Virus record (IMG/VR): IMGVR_UViG_3300043469_000509
DNA from: an uncultured virus (IMG/VR IMGVR_UViG_3300043469_000509)
Taxonomy: Duplodnaviria > Heunggongvirae > Uroviricota > Caudoviricetes > Crassvirales
Length of the DNA: 37,267 nucleotides
Strand: one strand, 5' to 3'
In this document: one piece after another, positions 1 to 8,508 of the stretch
How the letters are laid out: every line of letters begins with the position of its first letter
How positions within the stretch are numbered: position 1 is the stretch's first letter
The notes under the pieces: model-generated
Seen by the model: the letters and a program-made list of their open reading frames with translations, nothing else
Told to the model about the DNA's origin: nothing
Databases searched by the model: none
Program-made: the position numbers and the translations under genes

Positions 1-3000
1 AGAAAGCAAATGTATGCTGATAGTTTAGAATTAGCTAAAGAATCTAGAAAAAAAGAGTCGGGATTTGTTTATCCAAATAACCCAAATATTTCTAAAAATA
101 CTTATGATAGTCTATTCTCTCAAGAATTAAAATATCCTCATTATTTGTTTTCAGAAGATTCATATAAAGCAGATAAAAAAAATAATAATCTTAATAAAGA
201 TTTTAAATTTGATGATTATATATATAATGCAAATGATACTATTTATAAAAGTGTAACAGGTAAAGATTTACCTAAACAAAAAAAAAGTGATGATGAGTTT
301 TATAAAAAATTTGAGAGCAGTTGGAAAACGTATATAGATAAAAAAGGGAATAGTGTAGAAGAAAATACCCATACTGGTGAAAAATATACAACTGATTCTA
401 GAACTAATATTACTAGAAGCAGTTTTACTTATCCTGGTGATCTTACTTATAGTACAATAATGAGTAGCCCATATATAAAACCTGATTCTGTTGTTTATAA
501 AGGAAGTACTAATAAACTCATAGAGTCTGAACTTAATCCTAGTACTACTAAAGGTTCTTCTATAAATAATGAACCTATAAAATGGGGTAAAAAATCTACA
601 AATTCATATAAAAATTATACACACCAGGCTGAAGAAAGAGAATATTACCCATTTCCAAAGCAAAAAATTTTAAATGCTGATAAAGATGCTCCAAAAGGAG
701 AAAAAATGACTGTAAATAATTACAATCAAATGGGGTGGAAAACTGAAAATACTTCTGAAAAACCTAAAGTAGAAACTGCTAAACCTTTAGGTATTAAACC
801 TATGGGTACTTCTGTAGAACCTAAATTAGCTGGAAATGTAACAATACCAGAGATACCTAGTTCTAAAAATAATATACAAAACTACACAGGAAGTAAAGCA
901 TTACAAATACAAGGTAAGCCAAGTGGGTATATTAATAAGGGTAATAATACTGGTAGACAAGAGTTTAGAAAAGGCGGATGGTTAGATGGATTAGATAATA
1001 ATAAATATGTATCTGAAAAAGATGCTACGTCAACTGTAAAGACACCAGCTATTGCTACTAACAATAATGCTTTTAAAGAAAAAGTATATAATCCAGATAA
1101 AGCATATAAATATGCAATAGATGCTGCAGGTACAGTTTTTTATCCTGCAAGTTTAGCAGGTTCTGCTATAGATTTTTATCAAGGTGATAATGTTGGAGGA
1201 GTTGCAGGATTAATTCCATTTGGAAAAGGGTATAAATTTTTAAAAAATGCTAAAGCCATTGCAGCAGGAGCTGGTGCAAGTAAATCTGCAAAAAAATTTA
1301 CTAGTGGTGTAAATAAAATAATGGGTGCTCATATAGGAACTCAAGTATATGATGCAAAATCAGATTTAATTGATCCTCTAATGAAAGATAAAAAGAAATT
1401 TGGAGGTTCAATTGATGGATTGGATGGGGATAAAACTGAACAAGCTCCAGATGTTACTAATGCTACAGAGTATGTAAAAGGTTGGTATAACTCGCCTATG
1501 TATGATAACATATTAAGAAATCAAATTGCAGATGCTGGTATAAAAAGTCCTAGACGTACAGAAAGAATTGTAAAAAGATATAACAATTATTTTAATAAAG
1601 ATCTTAATAATTCATTTTATGATATCACTCCTAACTTAGTAAATGATCCTACTCATTATGGGAAAGGTATTCTTGATTATAAAGGAGGTAGAAAAATAGA
1701 ATTAAATAAGAATTTTGTAGAAAATAGTCCTAAATTAGTCAATAGTTTATATGCACATGAATTAACTCATGATAATTTAATGACTTTTAAAGATAGAGAG
1801 TATATAAATAAAAATACTCCAGAGTATAATCCTGCATTACATAAAGAAGACACATATAATAAGCTTACAGATCCTGAAGAGGTAAGATCTCAAATACATT
1901 CTATTAGACAGCTAAGTGGAGAAAATAAAATCTATGACCCACTTACCCAGCCTTTTAAAAAAGAGTATTTAGATAAGGTAAATAAATCCTATAATCAAGG
2001 AACTAAAGAATCTGAAGATTATAATCAATTACAAAGATTAAGACAGTTTTATTCAGATGATCAGATTACTGAGATGATGAATACTATAACTAAATCTAAT
2101 TCTAATAATGGAAAGGTTTATGCAAAGAATGGAGGTTGGTTAGATGGTTTAACTACTAATAAGTTTGATATGGGAGGTACTATAGATGAGGAAGATAATA
2201 ATACACCAAGCAATGTAACAAGTGCAATGAGGGCATTAATGCCTACTATACAAAAATCAAATGAACAATCAAATAATAAAACTGTAACCCTTAATTATAA
2301 AGCAGAGCCAGCCGCAGCATCTACTACATCTGTAAACAACAATGTAGCAAAACAAAAAGCTGCTGAACTTGCAAAAGATATAAAGATTTATGGCACACCT
2401 GAAAAAGCTATTATTGCTAAAGTAGCTGCAAAAGCCATGGCAGAAGCTAAAGAAAATAAAAACAAAGGAACTTTAGCTAAAACACAAAGTATTGATCCTA
2501 ATGATAGATGGATGTTAGGAGCTGCTAATTATAGAGGAGATAATCCAGAGCAAGTTATTAATGCTAATAAACAAGTGCAAGCACTTGGAGCTATGGGAGC
2601 TGGAGTTGTAGGAGTCGGAAGTATTCCTGTAGTATCTCAAACATTAGGTGCAGGATTTGCAGCAAAAGGAGTTTATGATATTCCTCAAACAGTTAAAACA
2701 GTTGCTGATCCAAATGTGTCTTTACATGATAAAGCTAAAGCTGTTACTTTTAATGCTGGTGATTTTTTAGGAGTAGGTGAAGGTATTAAAGGAGCTAAAG
2801 TAATAGCTCAAGGGGCTAAAGGTTTAGTAAGTGATGCTGTTAAATACTCTACAAAAAAAAGTTTTAAACCTGCATCTTCAAGTGTTTTACAAAATTCACC
2901 ACTAGTTAATCCTCAAGGAGATTTCAATATGGATTTAGCGGAAACTTTTCAAAAGACTTTATCTGATGCTGATTATAAGAAATGGATGGAACACATGTAT

Positions 3001-3939
3001 CCAGCTGAAGATGCTCAAAATATTTCTCTAGAAGAGTTTAAACAAGCTCATAAAGAAAGTTTAGAAAGGTTTAAAAACTCTATGATAGCAGGAGGTAAAG
3101 AACATGGTTTATTTATTAAAGATAAATTAGCCCATAAAGTACCTAATAATACAACTATTGAATTTGACCAAAATGGAGAGCGTTTTTATAAACAGGCCTT
3201 TAGCCCAGATTCATATGATTATAATATATTAAATTATAATCATTCAAAAGATCAATCTTATTTAAAAAGAGCTACTAATGAACAATTTCAAAAAGATCAA
3301 GGTTACAATATTTCAAACTTAACTGCCAAAGAAAGAAATTTACTAGAAGCTTATGCACATGGTTATGATAAGTCATTAAATGCAGTAGCAAGAAACAATT
3401 CTGCAGGAACTGTTTCTACATTTTATCAAGATATGGGAGAAATATTAAATAAAGGTATTTTAAAAAATAAATTTAAAGAACCCACTACCGTCAGACGAGG
3501 GATTCAGAATGATTATGAAATTGAGTTATTAGATAAAGTAACGCATAAACCTACAGGAGTAAAAAAACTAAGATCTGAATTAGAAGTAGGAGATGTATTT
3601 CAAGATAAATCATTTATTTCTACTTCAACAAATCCAACAAGTAGCTGGGGAACCTCTGAGTTATCAGAAATGATTGAAATACCTGGAGGAGGTATTCAAT
3701 CATTAGCTGTTCCTGAAGCAGCTACAAGAACTCAATATAGAGGAGAAAAAGAAGCTATATTACCTAAAAATCTTATAAAAGAAATTATAGAGGTAACTCC
3801 TAATGCTACCACACTCAATGGTACAAAATATAGAAGTAAAATATTAAATCCTTATACAATAACAGGAGCTTTACTAGGAAATACATACATAAATCAAACA
3901 AAAAAACAAAACGGAGGTTGGTTAGAAAATTTAAAATAA
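1..3939 (+). CDS. Polyvalent virion cargo protein (probably 5'-truncated): zincin-like metallopeptidase domain plus C-terminal R-S-E clade ADP-ribosyltransferase domain
   Basis: Frame is open from base 1 (AGA AAG CAA ATG), so the true start may lie upstream. HELTH (HExxH) at 1756-1770 with a downstream EE (DPEEVRS). ART motifs: LEAY..Y..LN..AR helix, VRRG (3490-3501), FISTS (3613-3627), EKE (3745-3753). Repeated GGWLD-like motifs. Confidence 0.8.
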   Translation, partial: RKQMYADSLELAKESRKKESGFVYPNNPNISKNTYDSLFSQELKYPHYLFSEDSYKADKKNNNLNKDFKFDDYIYNANDTIYKSVTGKDLPKQKKSDDEFYKKFESSWKTYIDKKGNSVEENTHTGEKYTTDSRTNITRSSFTYPGDLTYSTIMSSPYIKPDSVVYKGSTNKLIESELNPSTTKGSSINNEPIKWGKKSTNSYKNYTHQAEEREYYPFPKQKILNADKDAPKGEKMTVNNYNQMGWKTENTSEKPKVETAKPLGIKPMGTSVEPKLAGNVTIPEIPSSKNNIQNYTGSKALQIQGKPSGYINKGNNTGRQEFRKGGWLDGLDNNKYVSEKDATSTVKTPAIATNNNAFKEKVYNPDKAYKYAIDAAGTVFYPASLAGSAIDFYQGDNVGGVAGLIPFGKGYKFLKNAKAIAAGAGASKSAKKFTSGVNKIMGAHIGTQVYDAKSDLIDPLMKDKKKFGGSIDGLDGDKTEQAPDVTNATEYVKGWYNSPMYDNILRNQIADAGIKSPRRTERIVKRYNNYFNKDLNNSFYDITPNLVNDPTHYGKGILDYKGGRKIELNKNFVENSPKLVNSLYAHELTHDNLMTFKDREYINKNTPEYNPALHKEDTYNKLTDPEEVRSQIHSIRQLSGENKIYDPLTQPFKKEYLDKVNKSYNQGTKESEDYNQLQRLRQFYSDDQITEMMNTITKSNSNNGKVYAKNGGWLDGLTTNKFDMGGTIDEEDNNTPSNVTSAMRALMPTIQKSNEQSNNKTVTLNYKAEPAAASTTSVNNNVAKQKAAELAKDIKIYGTPEKAIIAKVAAKAMAEAKENKNKGTLAKTQSIDPNDRWMLGAANYRGDNPEQVINANKQVQALGAMGAGVVGVGSIPVVSQTLGAGFAAKGVYDIPQTVKTVADPNVSLHDKAKAVTFNAGDFLGVGEGIKGAKVIAQGAKGLVSDAVKYSTKKSFKPASSSVLQNSPLVNPQGDFNMDLAETFQKTLSDADYKKWMEHMYPAEDAQNISLEEFKQAHKESLERFKNSMIAGGKEHGLFIKDKLAHKVPNNTTIEFDQNGERFYKQAFSPDSYDYNILNYNHSKDQSYLKRATNEQFQKDQGYNISNLTAKERNLLEAYAHGYDKSLNAVARNNSAGTVSTFYQDMGEILNKGILKNKFKEPTTVRRGIQNDYEIELLDKVTHKPTGVKKLRSELEVGDVFQDKSFISTSTNPTSSWGTSELSEMIEIPGGGIQSLAVPEAATRTQYRGEKEAILPKNLIKEIIEVTPNATTLNGTKYRSKILNPYTITGALLGNTYINQTKKQNGGWLENLK

Positions 3940-4812
3940 TTAATTATGACAAAAGCAGAAATACTTAAAACACACAAGATGACCGAGAAGGAGTTCTACG
4001 AGAAGTTTCCTACTCAAGAAGCATATAATCAATTTCAAATGGGAGGTTCTTTATCTCCTAAACAAAAGTTTCAAGATGGAGGTTTAACACCTCTTGTAGC
4101 TACATATCCTACACCAAACTTACCAGCAACAGGAACAAATATACCTACCGCTGCTGCAGCTCCTGCTGCTGCTCCAGGAAGTGGATTTAAACTTTCTAAT
4201 CTGTCTGGACTTGGCGGAGGTCAACAAGCTCCTAAACAAACAGGAGAAGACCCTAATGCCCCTACTCAGAAAAATATAGGTAAAACTATAGGCGCTGTTG
4301 GAGGCGCTGCTATTGGCTCACTTATTCCAGGAGCAGGTACTATGATAGGGGGAGTTGTAGGAGGTGCTATTGGTGGGGCTATAGATAAGAAAACTTATGA
4401 AAATAAAATGGAAGATTATAATGCTGTTAAATCTAGCCAACAAAATGCAATGACTTCTAACATAGCTGGTAACTTTAATCCTAGCGCACAAGGTAAGCAG
4501 TTTAAGATGGGTGGTAATTTTACAGAATATCACGGTAATACACATGAGAATGGTGGTATACCTATTGGACAATCAGAAGTAGAAGGAGGAGAAACTAATC
4601 ATAATGGTTATATATTTAGTGATACACTTAAATTAGGTAAAAAAACATTTGCAGATATGAGTAAGAAAATTAATAATAAGTATTCTAGAAGACCAGATGA
4701 TAAGATATCTATGGAGTCTAAAGAAAGAGAATTAGGTAATCTTATGAAAGTACAAGAAAGTACTGGATTAACTAATAACTCAAGAGGTATGTTTCAATTT
4801 GGAGGAAGTTGG
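964..4812 (+). repeat. Dispersed peptide repeat [F/Y/K]-x-x-G-G(-W-L-D) in the first two cargo proteins
   Basis: FRKGGWLDGL (964), KKFGGSIDGL (~1393), AKNGGWLDGL (~2122), FDMGGTID (2164), KQNGGWLENL (~3904), FQMGG (4033), FQDGG (4069), FKMGG (4501), FQFGG (4792). Confidence 0.75.
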
Positions 4813-5754
4813 ATGAAAAATATTAATAAGTTAACTAATCAAGCTAATAATCCACCTAACTATACACGTAGTAATTATGCTCCTACCGCAATAACTGAAT
4901 CTCCTACAGGATTTTATACTACTGAAGATAGAGATTCTAATAAAGAAGCTTATGGTAATATATACAATGCACTAATAGAAAGCCCTATTGACAAACCAGT
5001 TATTGAAAAAGCTATTGAAGATGAGAGATCTAGAGTAGGTTTACAAACTACATCTCCTACATTATCTAAATCTTCTGTACCACCAACACCTTCTACTATA
5101 ACAGATACTAATAAACCATTGCAAACAAATGTTAATCCATTAGGCTACCTAGCTAGTCTTGTTGGACCAGCTTATACTATTGCTCAAGGATTAAAAGGTC
5201 CTGATCCAGTAAACTTTGATAGAATGACTAGTAAGTATCAATATGCTGATCCTAGAGGAGCTATGGCTGCTGCTAATAAAGGATTGACATCTGCTTACAA
5301 CTCAACTAAAAATGCTGTTAGAAATACAACTAGTAGTGCCGGTGATCTTCTTGCAAATATGACAAATTTATCTAGCAAAGAAGGTATGGATAGAGCTGCT
5401 ACTATGGCTGGTATTAAAAGTCAATATGATATAGCTAATACACAAGGTTTAAATCAAACTAACTTAACTAAAGATCAGTATAATGCTCAAATTCAAATGA
5501 GAGAATCTGTAGCTAGACAAGAAGAACAAGATGCAGCTAAAAATGCTATTAGTCAAGGGTTAAATAACTTCGGGCAAAATACTCTAGGATATGGTCAAGA
5601 TGTAGCTATGAATAGAACACAAAACACAATGCTACCACTACTTGCAGATGGTTATGAGTACGTTATGGATGATGCTGGTAAGGTAAGTACTAGAAGAAAA
5701 ATAAGCAATACTAATAAAGGAAATCAGATTACAGAAGTTCCTGTATACGGATAA
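3946..5754 (+). CDS. Virion cargo/ejection protein with glycine-zipper segment and G-x-x-HE-x-GG...EVEGGE domain
   Basis: 602 aa. Gly-zipper IGAVGGAAIGSLIPGAGTMIGGVVGGAIGGAI (~4288-4383), GNTHENGGIPIGQSEVEGGE motif, four F-x-x-GG motifs and a Q/N/A-rich helical C-terminus. Lies upstream of the virion RNAP cluster. Confidence 0.6.
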   Translation: MTKAEILKTHKMTEKEFYEKFPTQEAYNQFQMGGSLSPKQKFQDGGLTPLVATYPTPNLPATGTNIPTAAAAPAAAPGSGFKLSNLSGLGGGQQAPKQTGEDPNAPTQKNIGKTIGAVGGAAIGSLIPGAGTMIGGVVGGAIGGAIDKKTYENKMEDYNAVKSSQQNAMTSNIAGNFNPSAQGKQFKMGGNFTEYHGNTHENGGIPIGQSEVEGGETNHNGYIFSDTLKLGKKTFADMSKKINNKYSRRPDDKISMESKERELGNLMKVQESTGLTNNSRGMFQFGGSWMKNINKLTNQANNPPNYTRSNYAPTAITESPTGFYTTEDRDSNKEAYGNIYNALIESPIDKPVIEKAIEDERSRVGLQTTSPTLSKSSVPPTPSTITDTNKPLQTNVNPLGYLASLVGPAYTIAQGLKGPDPVNFDRMTSKYQYADPRGAMAAANKGLTSAYNSTKNAVRNTTSSAGDLLANMTNLSSKEGMDRAATMAGIKSQYDIANTQGLNQTNLTKDQYNAQIQMRESVARQEEQDAAKNAISQGLNNFGQNTLGYGQDVAMNRTQNTMLPLLADGYEYVMDDAGKVSTRRKISNTNKGNQITEVPVYG

Positions 5755-5782
5755 TTGATTATATTAATACAAACACAAAGAT

Positions 5783-7651
5783 ATGAGATTTTTTAAACCA
5801 AGTGCTACAGAGTATCAATCCCAGTTTTCTCCTTTAAACCTAGATTTTATGCAAAAGAATCTAGCTCAAAAGGAAGCTAATGATGTAGTAGCTGAAGACT
5901 TATTAGATAAGACAAGCCAGCTCCAAGTTGAAGGTGGTATGGTAAGTGATCCTAATGAAGTTAAAAAATATAATGATTGGATACAAACTAATACTGCTAA
6001 CATTAGAGAGAAATTTGCAGCTGGAGATATGGATGCTAAAGAAGCTTCTAGAAATTTAGCTAAAATTGTTCAAATTTATAATACTAATGAAGATATTAAG
6101 TTTTTTAATACTGATCAAAAATTAAGCGCTTTAACTAGGCAAAGAATAGCAGAAGGTAAGGCTAATAATGCTATAAGTAGTAATATAAGTTATCTAAATG
6201 GAAACTTACAAACTGAAGCTATATCTTCTAAATCTGGTTTAGATGCTTTAGCTAGAGCTCATAACTTAACTAATCCTTCTAGTATGTATGATAAAGAGAA
6301 TTACTTAGAGCAATTTAGGGATATGAAAGCTAGGGTATCTAGTACTTCTTTTGCTGGTAATCCGAGTTTAGATTTTTCTACTGGAGTACCTTTAATAATG
6401 AATACTGATGGTAAAACTGTAAACTCTCAATTAACTAGAGAAATGGTTAGAGAAATAGCAGCACAAATGGCCCCTCAAGAAATTAATAATGCAGCTACTC
6501 CATGGGTTCAGTATAATCAAAATAAGTATAAAGGTAATTATAACGAAGCTAATTTTGTAGATGATTTTGAAAATGCTTTTACTGGATATGTAGATACATA
6601 TACTTCTGATGTAAATAAACATTTTTCACAAGTAAGCGGTAGCGGTAGTGAAAAAACTACAACACCTCCACCACCACCAAGATCTGTAGCTGCAGCTGGG
6701 TCTACTCAAGATTATGGGGTAAATCTTGTAGATATGATGGATAGTAAGGGTATTGATGTTTTAAATAATTTTATATTTGACTATAACAAAACTTTTGATT
6801 TTACTAAAATAGATGTTAAAGGGACTCCTGAAAATGATTATTTTACTAAAAAACAACCTAGTTCAATGGACGCGCCGTTTTCTTCAGACTCACCTTTAGC
6901 TAGTGCTTATCAACCAGTAGATATAACAGATCCGCAGTTTAAAAAGTTATTTACAAACTTTGTAACTAACAGTACTAAATGGAAACATAATTTAGCTGGA
7001 GTAAATGGTGAATTTGAAATACCTCAAGGAACATTATTACCTATGTATGGAGATTTTGCTAGAAATATGGTTGAGTTTAAAAAAGACGTTATTAAAACTG
7101 GAAATACAGCAACACCAATAACTAGTGATACTAATCCTCAAATATGGTCTGATTATGTAGGAGTAGATAAAGGAGCTGCTACTGTTGGTAATGTAATTAC
7201 ACAAGCTATAAATAATGGAGCTGCTATTTACAGCCAAAAAGATAATAGAATATTAACCCCAGAAGAAACTACAGCTTTGTATGACGAGCAATCAAAAACA
7301 CCGCTTAGCGGTATTCAAGAATACAGTCCTGAAAATGTTTTATCTTTTATGACTGGCGATGATAATTTTACAGGGGGTATTGGATTTGCTACTAGTAAGG
7401 GTAAATATGTAGTTAATAAAGTAACTGCAACTGATACTGAAGCAATGATAAACAGATTATATAAAAATGGTAAGTTAAATACTAATCAGTGGTTAGATTT
7501 AGGGTATGGTGGAGCTAAATATAAAATAGATAAAGATAATAAAGTATATTTAAAATCTCAAAATAATAAAGTTTTGGAATACCCTAGAGTTGCTGAAATG
7601 CTTCAAAATATATATAATACTAAAGTAGAAGTTAAATCTGGAAAAAAGTAG
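5783..7651 (+). CDS. Putative virion cargo protein (622 aa); N-terminal part of a predicted -1 frameshift fusion with the amidase
   Basis: Long ORF in the cargo cluster. Ends ...GGA AAA AAG TAG at a slippery heptamer. Confidence 0.65.
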   Translation: MRFFKPSATEYQSQFSPLNLDFMQKNLAQKEANDVVAEDLLDKTSQLQVEGGMVSDPNEVKKYNDWIQTNTANIREKFAAGDMDAKEASRNLAKIVQIYNTNEDIKFFNTDQKLSALTRQRIAEGKANNAISSNISYLNGNLQTEAISSKSGLDALARAHNLTNPSSMYDKENYLEQFRDMKARVSSTSFAGNPSLDFSTGVPLIMNTDGKTVNSQLTREMVREIAAQMAPQEINNAATPWVQYNQNKYKGNYNEANFVDDFENAFTGYVDTYTSDVNKHFSQVSGSGSEKTTTPPPPPRSVAAAGSTQDYGVNLVDMMDSKGIDVLNNFIFDYNKTFDFTKIDVKGTPENDYFTKKQPSSMDAPFSSDSPLASAYQPVDITDPQFKKLFTNFVTNSTKWKHNLAGVNGEFEIPQGTLLPMYGDFARNMVEFKKDVIKTGNTATPITSDTNPQIWSDYVGVDKGAATVGNVITQAINNGAAIYSQKDNRILTPEETTALYDEQSKTPLSGIQEYSPENVLSFMTGDDNFTGGIGFATSKGKYVVNKVTATDTEAMINRLYKNGKLNTNQWLDLGYGGAKYKIDKDNKVYLKSQNNKVLEYPRVAEMLQNIYNTKVEVKSGKK

Positions 7652-7697
7652 AAACTCCAGTAGAAACTGGGGCTCACCCTACTGGAGTTACGAGAGC
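7642..7697 (+). promoter_or_regulatory. Programmed -1 ribosomal frameshift signal (A_AAA_AAG plus downstream stem-loop, possible pseudoknot)
   Basis: A AAA AAG at 7642-7648 is in the correct phase immediately before the TAG. Perfect 11-bp inverted repeat AACTCCAGTAG (7653-7663) / CTACTGGAGTT (7679-7689). Loop GCTC (7672-7675) could pair with GAGC (7694-7697). The -1 frame is open 7636-8508. Confidence 0.8.
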
Positions 7698-8508
7698 GGA
7701 ATTAAATAATAATTCTAATGTCCCAAAAACTGAAACAAAATCTACTAAAGAAGAAATCTTTAAATCTATTAAACCTAAAACTTCTTCTTCATTAGTTAAG
7801 CCTTTAAAAGTAGTTGAAAAACCTAAAGTAAATGTAACGCCTAAACCTAATTCTAAACCTATACAAGGGGATACATCATTAATACATAATGAAAAAGGAT
7901 ATAGTGTTCAATATGATCCTACTACAGGAGGGCCTTTAGAAACTCCTAAGAAAGGAATTATGCTACATCAAACAGGTGGAAATGCTAAGTCAGCATTACA
8001 ATCAGCTAAAGGTAAAACAGGATTTCATACTCTTATTGATAAAAATGGTAACATTACAGAGTTAGCAAATTCTAAACAAGTAACTTATCATGCAGGTGCA
8101 AGCCATTTCGGCTCAGAAAAATCTTCAAATGCTTCATTATTTGGAATAGAATTTGAAGGTGTTCAAGTAGATAAAATGGGTAGATATGAAGAGTTAACTA
8201 AAGCTCAAATAACTAACGGGGCTAAATATGTAGCAGCAAAAATAAAAGAATTTGGAATTACTATAGAAGATGTAATAGGGCATCATGAAGCTACTGTTTA
8301 TAAAAATTCTGCAAGTAGAAAAAAAGGAAGTGATTCTCTTACAAATGAGGATTTCTTAGACGCTAAAGAAATTGCAAGTAATAGACATTCTCATGGAGAG
8401 TTTGCAGGATTAGCTAGAAAATCTGATATGTCAGTTAAAGTGATGAGTCAAATTATAACAGAAGTTAAAAAAATACTTAATGGACAAAACTATACAACCA
8501 GAAAATAA
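7648..8508 (+). CDS. N-acetylmuramoyl-L-alanine amidase (Amidase_2-like) with P/K/T-rich N-terminal linker; probably expressed by -1 frameshift from the upstream ORF (ORF track start 7960)
   Basis: GIMLHQT, FHTLIDKNGNI, YHAG, GIEFEG and VIGHHE motifs typical of Zn-dependent type-2 amidases. The frame is stop-free from 7636 with no ATG until 7960, which falls inside the first catalytic strand. Confidence 0.8.
   Translation, partial: VETPVETGAHPTGVTRAELNNNSNVPKTETKSTKEEIFKSIKPKTSSSLVKPLKVVEKPKVNVTPKPNSKPIQGDTSLIHNEKGYSVQYDPTTGGPLETPKKGIMLHQTGGNAKSALQSAKGKTGFHTLIDKNGNITELANSKQVTYHAGASHFGSEKSSNASLFGIEFEGVQVDKMGRYEELTKAQITNGAKYVAAKIKEFGITIEDVIGHHEATVYKNSASRKKGSDSLTNEDFLDAKEIASNRHSHGEFAGLARKSDMSVKVMSQIITEVKKILNGQNYTTRK

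Noticed and set aside
7649..7702. TAG reassignment or readthrough (genetic code 15, known in some crAss-like phages) at the end of the 622-aa ORF
   Set aside because: Reading through both in-frame TAGs reaches TAA within about 17 codons and never enters the amidase frame. All giant ORFs are already open under the standard code.
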